Below the pieces are notes generated by a model. That model did no database searches and was not told the DNA's origin. It worked only from the letters and a program-made list of their open reading frames with translations. Position numbers and translations under genes: made by a program. From NCBI GenBank assembly GCA_964016885.1, contig OZ024752.1, forward strand, positions 25,916,001-25,980,000: a DNA stretch of 64,000 nucleotides. The letters are read 5' to 3'. Shown in pieces: positions 17,900 to 32,405 of this stretch (positions are counted from its first letter, which is position 1; each line of letters opens with the position of its first letter). The DNA comes from Eledone cirrhosa. Taxonomy: Eukaryota.

Positions 17900-19320
17900 G
17901 CCATTACAACTTCCAACGACAACAACACAATTACCAATATCATCACCAACAACGCCAACCAACAAACAACACCAATAACGCCAACGAACAAACAACACCA
18001 ACACCCCCAATAACCACCACACCACCATTAATAACCATTATACCACCATTACTTCCATTAACAACAACTACATCATCATCACCATCAACAAGCACAAGAC
18101 CGCGATCACCACTAATAACAACTCCCATCACCACCACCAACAACAACCAGTGAACCACAATCACCACCATCACCCTATTCCCACCACCACTAACACCACC
18201 GCCACCACACCACCACCAGCACCACCGCCAATACCACCACCACAGTACCACCATCACCATCATCACCCCTATCCCCACCACCACCAAGACCACCACCATC
18301 AACACCACCACCACTACCAACACCACCACCACCACCACACCATCACCACCCCTATCCCCCCCCCACCAACATCAATACCCCCCCTCTCCACCGTCAACAT
18401 TTCTAACTTCCAACACACCAAATTCTATTTTTTCACTTCCATATTTCCACGTTTAAATAATATTTTAGGTCTTTCTGTCATATCTTTCTACATCTCCCTC
18501 TCTTGCTCCCCCTCCTACTCCTACTCCCCTCCTCCTCCTCCACCCCTCCTCCGCCTCTTCCTCCACCTTATCATCACTATCAATAACACATCTCCTTCTC
18601 TAGCATCATCATATCTATAATGATGCCTCAGTCATCATCATAACCACCATCATCATCATCATCATCATAACCACCATCATCATCATCACCATCACCACCA
18701 TCACCATCACCATCACCACCACCACCATCATCAGTATTATCACCATCCTCCTCCTCACGTCATCGTGATCACCTTCTTCATCAGAGCTACTGTTAGCAAC
18801 CACCGTCACCATCATTACCCATCACCACCACCACTCCGTCCAACCCTGCCCCCACACCACAAACACCCCTCACCTCACCCCCAGCCCGACCCCGACCGTC
18901 AATTGCTCCCTCACAACATCACTACCACCACTACCACCACCCCAAACTCCGCCATCACCACCTAACCATCAATTGCTCCTTCACCACTACCACCACCACC
19001 TTCGCCACCACTACCACCACAACCACTACCACCACCACCTCCACTACCATCACCACCACCACTACCACCACCACCACTACCACCACCTCCACTACCACCA
19101 CCACCACCACCACAACCACCACCTCCACCACCATCACTACTACCACCACCACCTCTACCACCACCTCCACCACCACCACTACCATCACCACCACCTCTAC
19201 CACCACCTCTACCACCACTACTACCACCACCTCTACCACCACTACTACCACCATCACTACCACCACCACCACTACCGCCACTACCACCACAATCCCCCCC
19301 AGCCACCTTCATCATTACGA
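17900..19320. repeat. (ACC/CAT/CAC)n compound trinucleotide microsatellite region
   Basis: Degenerate acc/cat/cac runs are directly visible. Confidence 0.9.
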
Positions 19321-19339
19321 TATTCATTTTATCTTATTT

Positions 19340-21260
19340 TGCTTCTCTAAACATCCATCCATTTCTTTCTCCCCTCTCTCTCTCCCCATCCCCCACCCCT
19401 CTCTCACCCTCTGTCCTTCTCTTTGCCCTCATCGCCCTCTCTCTCTCTCTTCCTCTCTCTCTCCTCTCTCCATCTCTTTGCCTTCTCTCCTCTTTGCCCT
19501 CTTCATTTCATCGCACTCTCTTTCTCTCCCCTTTTCCTTCTCTTCACCCTCTCTGTTTTTCTTTCCACTCATTCTCTCTTTGCCCTCTCCCCTTCTCATC
19601 GTCCTCTACATCGTCTCTCTCTCACTCTATCCCTCTCTTTCACCTCCCCCCCCACACACTTATCTCCATCTCTACTCTATCTCACTATTTCCCTCCCCCC
19701 TCTCTCTCACTATCCCTCTCTCCATCTCTACTCTCTCTCTCCCACTCTATCCCACTCTCCCCTTCTCCTCCCTCTCTCCATCTCTACTCTCTCTCTTACT
19801 CTATCCCTCTCTCCATCTCTACTCTATCCCTCTCTCACACTATCCCTCTCTCTCTCTCTCACACTACCCCCCCTCTCCCTTCCATTTCTCTTTATTTACT
19901 GATTTTTTCATTATTACTATTATTGTTATAATTTTTCCTCTTCTAAACATATTTTATTTCGCCCTCCCCCTTCCTACTCACCCTACCCCCCATGCACCCC
20001 TACATCCCTCTCCTACCCACCCTATCCACTCCACACCCGACCCTACACACCCTAAAACTCACGCACGCACACACCCCACCCTACACCCCTCTCCTACCCA
20101 CCCTACACCCCACCTACACCCCTCTCCTACCCACCCTACACACTCCACACCCCACCCTACACCCATCCCATTCCTTCTCCACACCATCATCCTCCATCTA
20201 CCCCAAAATCTCTTTACATTTCTTTCTCTTTCCTTTTTTTCCTCTCTTACTCTCCCTCATTAAACAGTCTATCTCTCTCTCTCACCCTCACTCTAATCGT
20301 TTTCTCCCTCCTCTCCCCCATCTCTCTTCCCCACTCTCTCTCCCTCCCTCTCTCTTATTTTCTGTCTATATTTTGTCCTGCTTCTCTCTCTCTCACAAAA
20401 ATGTGTCTCTTTTTTCTTCATTCTAAACACTCTCTCTCTCCCTCTCTCTATCTCCCTTTTTCTCTCTTCCTCACTCTAAACACTCCCTCCCACTCTCTCT
20501 TCCTCACTCTAAACACTCCCTCCCTCTCTCTCTCGTGTTCTCTCTTCCTCACTCTAAACACGCACACACACACTCCCTCTCTCTCCCTTTCTGTCTATCT
20601 CATTTTGCTCCTGTTTCTCTCTCACAACCATTTGTCTCTCTTCGTCACTCTAAACGCACAAACTCTCTCTCATACTCTCTCTTATTCTACTTCTCTCCCT
20701 CTCACACACAATCTTTTTCTCTCTATCTATCTCTTTCGCGCTCTCTCTCTCATTCTCTTCATCATTTATTGTCTTTTTCTCCCAATTTTGCTCTCACTCT
20801 TGCTCACTCTCACAGAACACTATCTCTCTCTTTCTTACTCTCTTTCTCCCTCCCCCCTTCCCTCTCTCTCTCTACTCATAACATTATCTCTCTGTCTTCT
20901 TTCACTCTCTCACACTGAACACTCTTTCTTACTCTCTGTTTCCCTCTCTCTTTCTCTCTCACTCTAAACACTTTATCTCTCTCTCTCCCTCTTTCTTTCT
21001 CTCTCTCTCTCTCTGAACACTGTGTCTCTCTTTCCTACTCTCTGTCTCCCTTTTTCTCTCTTTCTCTCTCGCACTCATAACACTGTCTCTTTCTCTGTCT
21101 CTCTCTTACTATGATCAATCTCTCTCTCATCTTGTCACTCCCTCCCTCTAAAGACCTTATCTCTCATCTTGTCACTCCTTCACACTAAACACTCTACCTC
21201 TCTCTCTTACTCTCTACCTCTCTTATTCCCACTACCCACCTCTCCTAATCCACCTTCGTT
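19340..21260. repeat. CT-rich polypyrimidine low-complexity tract
   Basis: About 1.9 kb of degenerate (CT)n with short internal repeats such as ctctcttcctcactctaaacac. Confidence 0.9.
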
Positions 21261-21494
21261 AGTTCCCTTCCATTCCATCTCTCCGAGACACAACGCACCA
21301 GCCGCCCCGTCTTTTCTCCCTCATCCACTTTTTTCCACCACCCCTCATACTTCACTACCACTTCCTCCACCTACCATCACACACCGCAAAACATCAAAGA
21401 GATATTTTCCTTTGATCTTGTTAATTCCGACTGCTTCAAGTCAAGTCAGCTATTGTATTCACACTGAGTGTTCCACTAAAAAATACCTCACCCA

Positions 21495-21499
21495 TACCG

Positions 21500-21543
<44 letters not shown>

Positions 21544-22172
21544 GTACACATACATACACACTCATGGACACACACACACAGACACACACACACACACATA
21601 AACTGACACACGGACACACAGACACACACAGACACAGACACACACAGACACAGACACACAGACACATCTATATAGAGTCGGATACAGCTATACACATATA
21701 CAGACACAGACACACAGATACACAGACACACACAAACACATATAGAGTCGGATACAGGGATACACACAGAGGATATACACAGACACAACCAACCCGACAT
21801 ATATAAACACAGACACACAAACACACACACAGACATATAGAGTCGGATACTGGGAGACACACACAAACACAAGCAACTTGACATATATACACACACAGAC
21901 ACACACACATACTGGGATACACACACATTTACACAGATACCGACATATACACACACAGACATACACATGTACATTTACGCGCACACGCTCTCTCACACAT
22001 ACATACATACAAAAGAATACACAGACATACATACATACACATACACACACATACCGACACACTCACACACATATGTATACATGCATACACCAACACATAA
22101 TACACACTCACACACACATGCACACACACACACACATATATATATATATACATGCATACACCAACATACACT

Positions 22173-22207
<35 letters not shown>

Positions 22208-22218
22208 CACAAACACAA

Positions 22219-22251
<33 letters not shown>

Positions 22252-22372
22252 CACACACATATATATATGCATGCATACACCAACACACACTACACTCTCT
22301 CTCACACACACACACACATAAACACCCATACGTACACACACACACAGATACGTGTCTACACCAACACAACCA
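21495..22372. repeat. (CA)n-derived compound microsatellite
   Basis: CA/CATA runs with the recurrent variant agagtcggatac. Confidence 0.9.
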
Positions 22373-22403
22373 TAATTGCATTGCTGGCTTGGCGTATGCG
22401 CTC

Positions 22404-23321
22404 GTGTGTGTGTGTGTGTGTGTGTGTGCTGTATGTTTGTTTGTGTGTATGTATGCATGTGTGTGTGTATGTGTGTGTGTATCCAGTATGTTTGTTTGTG
22501 TGTATGTATGCATATGTGTGTGTATGTGTGTGTGTGTCCTGTATGTGTGTTTGTGTGTGTATGCATCTGTGTGTATGTGTGTATGTGTGTATGTTTGTTT
22601 GTTTGTGTGTGTATGCATGTGTGTGTGTCCTGTATGTTCGTTTGTTTGTGTGTGTGTGTATGTATGTGTATGTGTGCGTGTGTCCTGTATGTTTGTTTGT
22701 GTGTGTATGCATGTGTGTGTATGTGCCCTGTATGTTTGTGTGTGTATGTATGCATGTGTATGTGTATTTGTGATGAATGTTTATGCATGTGTCGGATGTA
22801 TGTGTGCCTGTATGTTTGCGTGTATGCATGTGTGTATGCATGTGTGTGTGTATGTGTGTGTATGTTTGTGTGTATGCATGTGTGTGTTTGTGTATGTATG
22901 TGTGTATGTGTGATGAATGTTTATGTATGTGTCGGATGTATGTGTGTCTGTATGTTTGTGTGTATGCATGTGTATGTCTGAGTATGTATGGTATGTTGTC
23001 TGTGTACGTGTGTGCGTGGTGTGTATGTATGTTTTTTTCTCTTTTGTTTGTGCGTGTATGTTTGTATGTGTCTGGTGTTTTTGTGTGTGGGGGAGGGGAT
23101 GTATGTTTGTATGTGTGCGTGTGTATGTATATGCGTTGTGTATTTGTATGCGTGTGTGTATGTGTGATGTATGTCTGCGTGATGTATATGTGTGTGTATG
23201 TATTATGTGTATGTTTAAGTATGTATGTATGTTTGTGTGTGTGTGCTGTATGTGTGTGTTGTATATTTGTGTGCGTGTGTGATGTCTGTGTGTGTATATG
23301 TGTGTGTATGTGTGGTGTGTT
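22404..23321. repeat. (TG)n-derived compound microsatellite
   Basis: TG/TATG runs, opposite in polarity to the preceding tract. Confidence 0.9.
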
Positions 23322-23494
23322 GAGACTGATCTGATGCAAAAGTAATCGCAGATTTTAAAAAGATGAAAAAATATAGGTGTAGTAGTAGTAGTAGTAGTAG
23401 TAGTAGTGAGAAGAACTGGAGAATTGGCTGATGGTGGTGGTGGTGGTTCTGGAAGTATTGTAAATACTTTAATATCTATTTTAGAAGCAGCAGT

Positions 23495-25425
23495 GCAACA
23501 CCATCAAGAACAACGCCACTACCACCACCAAACACACCAACAACACCACACCAAACACACCAACAACACCACCACCAAACACACCAACAACACCACCACC
23601 ACCACCACCAAACACACCAACAACACCACACCAAACACATCAACAACACCACCACCACCACCAAACACACCAACAACACCATCAACAACAACAGCACCAT
23701 CAAGAACGACACCAAGACAAAACACACCACCACCACCACCACCACCAAACACACCTACAACACCAACACCACCACCAACAAACACACTAACAACACCATC
23801 AAGAACAACGCCACCACCACTACCAAACACACCAACAACACCACCACCACCAAACATACCAACAACACCACCACCACCAACAACAAACACACTAACAACA
23901 CCATCAAGAATAACGCCACCACCACCACCAAACACACCAACAACACCACCACTACCAAACATACCAACAACACCACCAGTAACAACAGCATCAACAACAA
24001 CACCGAACCAACACCAACACCGACCACCAACGCCACCACCAACACCACCACCAACACACCATCAACACCACCAACAACAACAACACCACCATCATCAACA
24101 ACAACACCAACACCACCACCAACACCACTACCACCAACAACACACCACCAACACCACCACCACCAACAACAACAATAACACCATCATCAACAACATCACC
24201 AACACCATCAATAACACCATCTGCAACATTACCACCAACAACAACAACACACCACCAACACCACCACCAACAACAACACCATAACCAACAACAACAACAC
24301 CCTCAACAACATCACCAACACCATCAACAACATTACCACCAACACCGCCAATACCAGCACAAAGAACAGCATCATCACCAGCAATAACAACAATACCAAC
24401 ACCACTATCAACACCACCAACAACACCACCAACACCACCAACAACACCAACAACAACACCACCAACAACACCAACAACACCACTATCAACATCACCAACA
24501 ACACCAACAACACCAACAACAAAACCAACAACAACACCAACAACAACAACACCACCGCCAACAACACCACTATCAACACCACCAACAACAACACCAACAA
24601 CAACACCACCGCCAACAACACCACTATCAACACCACCAACAACAACACCAACAACAACACCACCGCCAACAACACCACTATCAACACCACCAACAACAAC
24701 ACCAACAACAACACCACCGCCAACAACACCACTATCAACACCACCAACAACATCAACAACACCACCAACAACACCAACAACACCACTATCAACACCACCA
24801 ACAACAACAACACAAACATCCACTGAAGTAAAACTGCAGCCTCAGTAACAACAACAACAACAGTTACAATAACAACAACAACAACAACAACAACAAGGAC
24901 AACAGTAATGATGACAACAACAGAAACAACAGAAACAACAGTAACAACAACAACAACATTAACAACAACAGCAGTAACAACAGTAACAACAACAACAGTA
25001 ACAACAACACCAGCAGTAACAACAGTAACAACAACAGCAGCAGTAACAACAACAAAAGCAGTAACACTAATAACAACAACAGCAGTAACAACAGTAACAA
25101 CAACAGTAACAACAACAACAGCAGTAACAACAGTAACAACAACAGTAACAACAACAACCGTAACAACACCAGTACAACAACAACAGTAACAACACCAGTA
25201 CAACAACAACAGTAACAACAACAACAGTAACAACAACAACAGTAACAACAACAACAGTAACAACAACAACAGTAACAACACCAGTACAACAAGAACAACA
25301 ACAGTAACAACAACAGTAACAACAACAACAGTAACAACAACAGTAACAACACCAGTACCAACAACAACAGTAACAACAACAGCAGCAATAACAATAACAT
25401 CAAAAACAATAACAACAACAACAGT
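23495..25425. repeat. (ACC/AAC)n and (AACAGT)-type compound repeat
   Basis: Directly visible; includes 51-bp and 18-bp sub-repeats. Confidence 0.88.
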
Positions 25426-25623
25426 GAGAGACCAACAAACAATATGTAGGAAGTATTTTTCTTTTGAAATGAAGCTGCAAGTACAGGAGGGGGAGGGGCA
25501 GGAGGAGGGCGTTGGGGGGCAGGAGGAGGGCATTGGGGGGCAGGTGGAGGAGGCAGGAGGAGGAGGAAATATGAAGTATGGTAAAAAGAGCAGAGTTGAA
25601 GCAGTACAATAACAACATTAATA

Positions 25624-25686
25624 GTGGTGGTGGTGGTGGTGGTGGTGTTATTGTTGTTGGTGGTAGTGGTGGTGGTGTTATTGTTG

Positions 25687-25718
<32 letters not shown>

Positions 25719-27022
25719 GTTGGTGGTGGTGTTGTTGTTGTTGGTGGTGGTGGTGTTGTTGGTGGTAGTGGTAGTGGTGTTGTTGTTGTTGTTGGTGGTG
25801 TTGGTGGTGTTGTTGGTGGTGGTGGTGGTGGTGTGTGTTGTTGTTGGTGGTGGCGGTGGTGGTGGTGGTTTTGTTGTTGTTGTTGGTGGTGGTGGTAGTG
25901 GTAGTGATGGTGGTGTTATTGTTGTTGGTGGTGGTGTTGTTAGTGGTGTTGTTGTTGGTGGTGGTGGTGGTGTTGTTGCTGTTTGTGGTGTTGTTGTTGG
26001 AGGTGGTGGTGTTGGTGGTGGTGTTGTTGTTGTTGGTGGTGGTGGTGATGGTAGTGGTGGTGATGGTGGTGTTGTTGTTGGTGGTGGTGGTGGTGATGGT
26101 GGTGGTGGTGATGGTAGTGTTCTTGTTGGTGGTGGTTGTGGTGGTGGTTGTGGTGGTGGTGGCTGTCATGGTGGCTGTTGTTGTGGTGGTGGCGGCAATG
26201 CAGTTGTTGTTGTTGGTGGTGGTTGTTGTGGTGATGGTTGTGGTAATGCAGTTGTTGTTGTTGGTGGTGGTTGTTGTGGTGATGGTTGTGGTAATGCAGT
26301 TGTTGTTGTTGGTTGGTGGTGGTGGTGGTTGTTGTGATGCAGCTGCTGGTGGTAGTAGTGGTGGTGTTGGTGGAGGTGGTGCTGCATGTGGTTGGGGAGC
26401 TGGTGGTAGTGGTGGTGAGGGTGAAGGGGTAATGGTTGTGGTGGTGGCGGTGGTCATGATTGTAGCTGTGGTGATGATAGTACTGATGGATGTGGTGATG
26501 GTTGTGGTGGTTGTTGTGGTGGTGGTAGTCATGCATGTATTGGTGGTGGTGGTGGTGGTGGTGGTGGTGATGGCGGTGGTGGTGATGGTGGTGGTGATGG
26601 CGGTGGTGGTGATGGTGGTGGTGATGGCGGTGGTGGTGATAGTGGTGGTGATGGTGGTGATGGTGATGGCGGTGGCGGTGGTGGTGGTGGTGATGGTGAT
26701 GGCGGTGATGGTGGTGGTGATGGTGATGGCGGTGATGGTGATGGCGGTGGCGGTGGTGGTGGTGGTGATGGTGATGGCGGTGGTGGTGATGGTGATGGCG
26801 GTGATGGTGATGGTGATGGCGGTGGCGGTGGTGGTGGTGGTGATGGTGATGGCGGTGATGGTGGTGGTGATGGCGGTGGTGGTGATGGTGGTGGTGATGG
26901 CGGTGGTGGTGATAGTGGTGGTGATGGCGGTGGTGGTGATGGTGATGGCGGTGGCGGTGGTGGTGGTGGTGATGGTGATGGCGGTGATGGTGGTGGTGAT
27001 GGTGATGGCGGTGGTGGTGGTG
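25624..27022. repeat. (GGT/GTT/GAT)n compound repeat
   Basis: Directly visible; opposite in polarity to 23495-25425. Confidence 0.88.
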
Positions 27023-27205
27023 GATATTTTAGTGCAAATTTTGTTAATTTTGCACTAAAATATCAAACAATAAAAATGATTGATATAATGTTGATGATGA
27101 AGGTGGTGGTAGAGTCATCAGCACACACACACACTCACACGTGCAGCGGAGACACAGGCCCACGAACACACTCATACACACACGTCACGTATATGTGAGT
27201 GCCTG

Positions 27206-27243
<38 letters not shown>

Positions 27244-27308
27244 TCACATACATTATACATATATATACGTATTTATCTCTGTCTCTCTCTTTGTACGTAT
27301 ATATATAA

Positions 27309-27495
27309 TAATTGTTTCTACTTTTGGCACAATGCCAGCAATTTTACCAGTGCATTACTGGTACTTTATTTTTCTGACCCCGTAAGGATGAAAGGCAAAG
27401 TTAACCTCAGCGGGATTCGAACTCAGATCATAAAGGTACGCATTTCTATGCTGGAAAGCATGGTGTCTGATGCTCTATCGATACTGCCAATCCAC
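27309..27495 (-). mobile_element. tRNA-derived SINE (dominant family in this window)
   Basis: Shares ttgtttctacttttggcac...cgtaaggatgaaaggcaaagttaacctc...actgccaatccac with more than 10 other copies here. Minus strand has a GAGTTCGAATCCC B box. Confidence 0.85.
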
Positions 27496-27498
27496 ATA

Positions 27499-27760
27499 CT
27501 AGCAGAATGGCCCGGCGTTGCTCGGGATTCTAAACATAGATTGGCATGTTTATCCCTCCTTTCTGAAACAGTACACAGAAGTACGGAATAACCCGGCCTC
27601 GGGATGGTGTCTACATTTTGTGCTTATAAAAAAAATTCGTTGTAGATTACCGGGGTTTTTTCCGTGCGGAGAAAATCAATACTTTATCGCGAAATAAATA
27701 CTTTTCTTTATATTTTGTTATTGTGTATGCAAAAATATCTGTACACGAATATATAATTAT

Positions 27761-27815
<55 letters not shown>

Positions 27816-28224
27816 TAACAGATTAAAGTTTAAGCTTTAACGGGATCTTCTGAAACTAAAAAAATCAATCTGTGAACGCAGAAGTAAATATTTCGAAAAA
27901 CGTTACACACTATATATACATATATACACACACACACAGTGACGTCATAATGTCGTAATGATGACAGCCAGACATACAGACAGATATTATAAGGACGCAA
28001 CGTTATATCTATGTATCTATCTAAAAAGAAAGACTAAGAATTATAGAGAGAGATCGCTAAATCGCCTAATGCGGTCCCTAGGGTATTGAAAATTTGAAAT
28101 TTATTTTGCTCAAAACACTCACAGTATTACATGTGTAAAGTCTGAAAACAATCGGTTGGGTGGTTCTCGAGTTTTAGGGAGTCAGACAGACAGACATTCT
28201 CTGTTTTATATATATATATAATAG
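27499..28224 (-). mobile_element. Non-autonomous Helitron (Lep1/HINE-like)
   Basis: Minus-strand 3' end is CTAG at 27499, preceded by the hairpin cccgagcaacgccggg. Internal (CAGA)n and a ...ttttatatatat end near 28220. The 5' boundary is approximate. Confidence 0.7.
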
Positions 28225-29396
28225 TGGGTAAAATCGAAGTTGCAGTTGCGATTAGCATTTTTTGAAATCAATCTTCAAAAGCTGGCACAAAGTACTCAAA
28301 GAGATAATATCGATAAATCGATAAATTATAGCTCAGAGTAATAACAATACGTTAGGGGTGTGACAGTGAAAATTGTGGCCAGAGAGATGTTGCCACAAAA
28401 GCCACTACAACAAACAGACGAAGCTGGACTTGATCAAGACATATAAATATCTTCGATGGGTTTCTGGGGAATACGAAAAACTACACTCCAAGTTGCGCAA
28501 AATACAAGTCAGTAAGGTATCCTAAGATGGAACGAGGATATCCCTTTCTCAACAGGCGTTTCGTTCTGTATTCCATGAGCGCAGCATATTAACTCCAAGT
28601 TAACTGTCAAGTACTGTAGCAGCAACTATGACAGCGGGGTCACGTGTTCTTTCATACAAAACCCATATTTATTCTCTTACATATGTTTCGAAAGGGATGT
28701 GCATCCAATTGTTTTAAATATATATAAATATATATAAATATATATAAATATATTTATATATTTATATATATATAAATTGGAGGCACATTTTTTCCATTGA
28801 TACTCTTATATATATATGTGTGTGTGCGTGTGCGTGTGCGTGTGTGTGTGTGTGTGGAAACGAGTGATAGACGATCTAACACCGCTGATGAGATTGGTGT
28901 GACCTGACCACAAGTTAAAACATTCATAACGATACACTTATGTATATATTATACACAACCTTCTCATATACACCTCTATTATAGAACACACTATCAATTG
29001 GTGGTACAGTGTCAGCTTACTTTGTTCTTTTTTATCTATTCCGAAATCTTTAGCATTTCATGGCGAGTTGACAGATTGCTAAACTGCTATAGATAAGCTT
29101 AGCGAACTATCAATTCACTTTGTTGAAACACCATAGCCATGTTGCAAAAACTGAATATTTATACAAACGTATGTTTATTCAACATTACACATATATACAT
29201 ATACATGCATATATACACACACACATATACATACACATATATATACACATACACATATACATAAATATATACACACACACATATATACATATATATATAC
29301 ATATATACACACACACATATATACATAAATATATACACACACAAATATATACATATATATATACACACACACATATATACATATATATATATATAT

Positions 29397-29476
29397 AACG
29401 GCTTGAGCTCTGCCGTCGGGGTCAAGTATGACCCCGACGGCAGAGCTCAAGCCGTTTCGACGGCTAATTCTGGACT
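29397..29476. repeat. Foldback element copy 1 (28-bp perfect arms, 4-nt loop)
   Basis: aacggcttgagctctgccgtcggggtca-agta-tgaccccgacggcagagctcaagccgtt, directly after (TA)n. Confidence 0.9.
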
Positions 29477-30598
29477 AAATAAGAATGTTTAGCCTGGTCG
29501 TATATATACACACACACACACACAGACATATATACATATGCATGCATACATATACATGCATATATACATACACATATCTACATACATACATGCAAGAATT
29601 TTTAGCCTGGTCGTATGTATATATATATATATATATATACACACAGACATATATACATATGCATGCATACATATACATGCATATATACATACACATATCT
29701 ACATACATACATGCATGCATACATATACATGCATATATACATACACATATCTACATACATACATGCATGCATACATACATATGTATATATATATATAGAC
29801 ACACACACACACACACGCATACACACACACATACATACACACACACACAAGCGTCAGCGATGCCCGATTCATAAACAAATTACACCTGTGAAACAAGCGA
29901 CTAAAACATTATCTTCGCCTTTTCCGCCAGGAATCTGTTTACCTTAATGATTACAGAAAGCAAGATCTGTGTAGAGTTTAAAATGCCTGCTGATATATTT
30001 CGGGCGTGTCTTGCCCGTTGTTAAGGAAATCTAGAAATAAAAGAATAGCATCTAGCTTTACCTGAAAGGATATCAAAGTTTTAAAAATAAACCAATAACA
30101 CCATATGAAAATCTGTCTACACGTGCAATGGATGAAGTGAGGATATATGATATTAACAACAGATAAAGAAGCTATAAAAGAATTCTTTCTAGTATAAGCA
30201 CAGGGCTAGCAATTTGGGGCAAGAGAAAAGTCTATTATATCGATCGACCCCACTTCACGACTTGTGGAGGCGCGTTGCCAAGTAGTAACGGTGTTGGATT
30301 TATCTAATCTAATCTGGCCGAGTTTACACTCGCAAATAAGAAGAACCAGGGCTGCTCCTAGGAGCATTGGATTTGGTGTACTTCATATTTGTTTCGGTTG
30401 CTGAATACAATCAGGGGTCGCTGCTTCTCCTGAAGGTCAATAATTCTTTTCTAACTCGAGCGGGAAAGCCTTTCCATTGTCAATTTGCATTGATCATCTG
30501 CAAAGCCGCATTGATCTCAGAACCACTACACCAGTCTTTCGATGCGTGCAGCTGGAACTACTGCCACCCATTGATTTGGCAGGATTTTTTTTTTTTTA

Positions 30599-30786
30599 GA
30601 TGGCCGTTGACTTTTATGAGTTCTTCCGCCCTTTGTCAGGTTTTGTTTTTTGTCCTGCAGGGTGTCCAAAATCACCCTCCTCACCAAGCAAACTTGGTGG
30701 GGTTGCCGGTTTAGTCACTGACGACCCGGCCATGCGACGGGTTGTACTGGGTTACACGCTACCAGTATCACTCGAGAGTGACCTGG
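30599..30786 (-). mobile_element. Diverged relative of the RTE-like 5' region at 42794-43401
   Basis: gatggccgttgact...cctgcagggtgtccaaaatcaccctcctcacc...gtgacctg aligns by eye with 43213-43400. Confidence 0.75.
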
Positions 30787-31196
30787 ATTTATAACAACAA
30801 TAAATATGGAAACGTAATACATCTCTGGTAAATTAATATGTAAGTTTACATTTTGCCCAATACTACACGCTCTTATGTGGTAAATGATGGTTAACAGATT
30901 TAAAACATTCATAAGATGCTAAAAAATATAAATAGCCATTATGATGGTGTCACAGCACACAAAGCAAAACGGTGTAGGACAGGACAAAGGAGAGACACAA
31001 AATAAGAAATAAGTCACTTCTGTGACGAAAGAGCTTTGACAATATATAAACAACCATCCGGTTATTGAACCAGCAGGTGCGTGTGATTTTATTGGCAGCA
31101 TGACCCTCCCAAAGTAAATCAATGTCTGTTTCAACACACGTTTTCAGATAAGAAATTTGCAAAACAAATTCAAAAATGAAGTATATATATATATAA

Positions 31197-31398
31197 CGAA
31201 GGAAGTGTGGTAAGGAATCAAATGGACCATAACGCACCAGAGTACTCAATACTTAGGGTAGTAGAGTGGGTAATATGAAAAGGTTTAACCCCGACGGCAG
31301 AGCTCAAGCCGTTTCGACGGCTATTTCTGGACTCAGAGTCCAGAAATAGCCGTCGAAACGGCTTGAGCTCTGCCGTCGGGGTGAAACATTTTCATATA
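31197..31398. repeat. Foldback element copy 2 (47-bp perfect arms at 31288-31382), flanked by (TA)n
   Basis: accccgacggcagagctc...ctggactc-a-gagtccag...gtcggggt. 31197-31272 is the reverse complement of ~46983-47060. Confidence 0.88.
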
Positions 31399-31485
31399 TA
31401 TATATATATAGTTATAGTTATAACTAAATAGCTCTGTAGCTTACATAGAGCACTCTTCTTTCCTTTAACCTTCCTACGGAAATAA

Positions 31486-31544
<59 letters not shown>

Positions 31545-31567
31545 CCGATTCAACCCGGAATAACTTA

Positions 31568-31617
<50 letters not shown>

Positions 31618-32021
31618 TAAGTTATTCCGGGTTGAATCGGAGGTAACCACAGTAAGTAAGGTACTCAATACATAGCAGAGTATAAAAGTTTTAATATAGA
31701 TGAGATTCTACAGGACTAGAACTGTTTCATTCTTGAGAAATTATCAGGAATCAATATATATATATAGTTGATGAACAAACAAAACACAAGAGGCAATTGT
31801 TACGCAGTTATATTAGGTTCACACTTGGTAGAAGTGGAGGTGGATTCGACGTTTCGGACAGAAGTTCTTTTTTAGCAAAGTTCGGATAGGGAAAGAACTG
31901 ATAAACGAAAGAGTAATAAAGGAAAGTAAGGGAAATAAATTTTTTTAAAAATGATAAAAAATAAAAATAAAAGTAATAGGGAGGGGGTGTAGTTCCAGGC
32001 AGGGGCAGCATGGGTGTGGTA

Positions 32022-32063
<42 letters not shown>

Positions 32064-32405
32064 ATATATATATATATATGTATATATATACATATATATA
32101 CACACATATATATATGACCCCCCCCCAACAAAAAAAAAAAACACACGGTATAGTTTACATGAATCATTGTGAGATATATAGCAAGTATTATTTCGGGAAA
32201 GCCGTTACAAAGCAAGTTATAAACACAACAGTGTAAACTGGAGTAGTGTAAAATACATTACGGAAAACAAAACAAAAGATAACACATTTACCTCATATTT
32301 CATGATATTTCCTATTTACTATCTTACGTTGTGTGTGTAAATATATAATTTTAAGTCTATATTATTTTATAAAATTCTAAATGCGTACACGTGTATCTAC
32401 TAGAG

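Noticed and set aside
23406-23500. Protein-like GSIVNTLISILEAAVQ
   Set aside because: Upstream stop, no convincing splice sites, and it runs straight into repeat.
18000-27060. Poly-H/V/T/G and HT/CV ORFs
   Set aside because: These are translations of di- and trinucleotide microsatellites.
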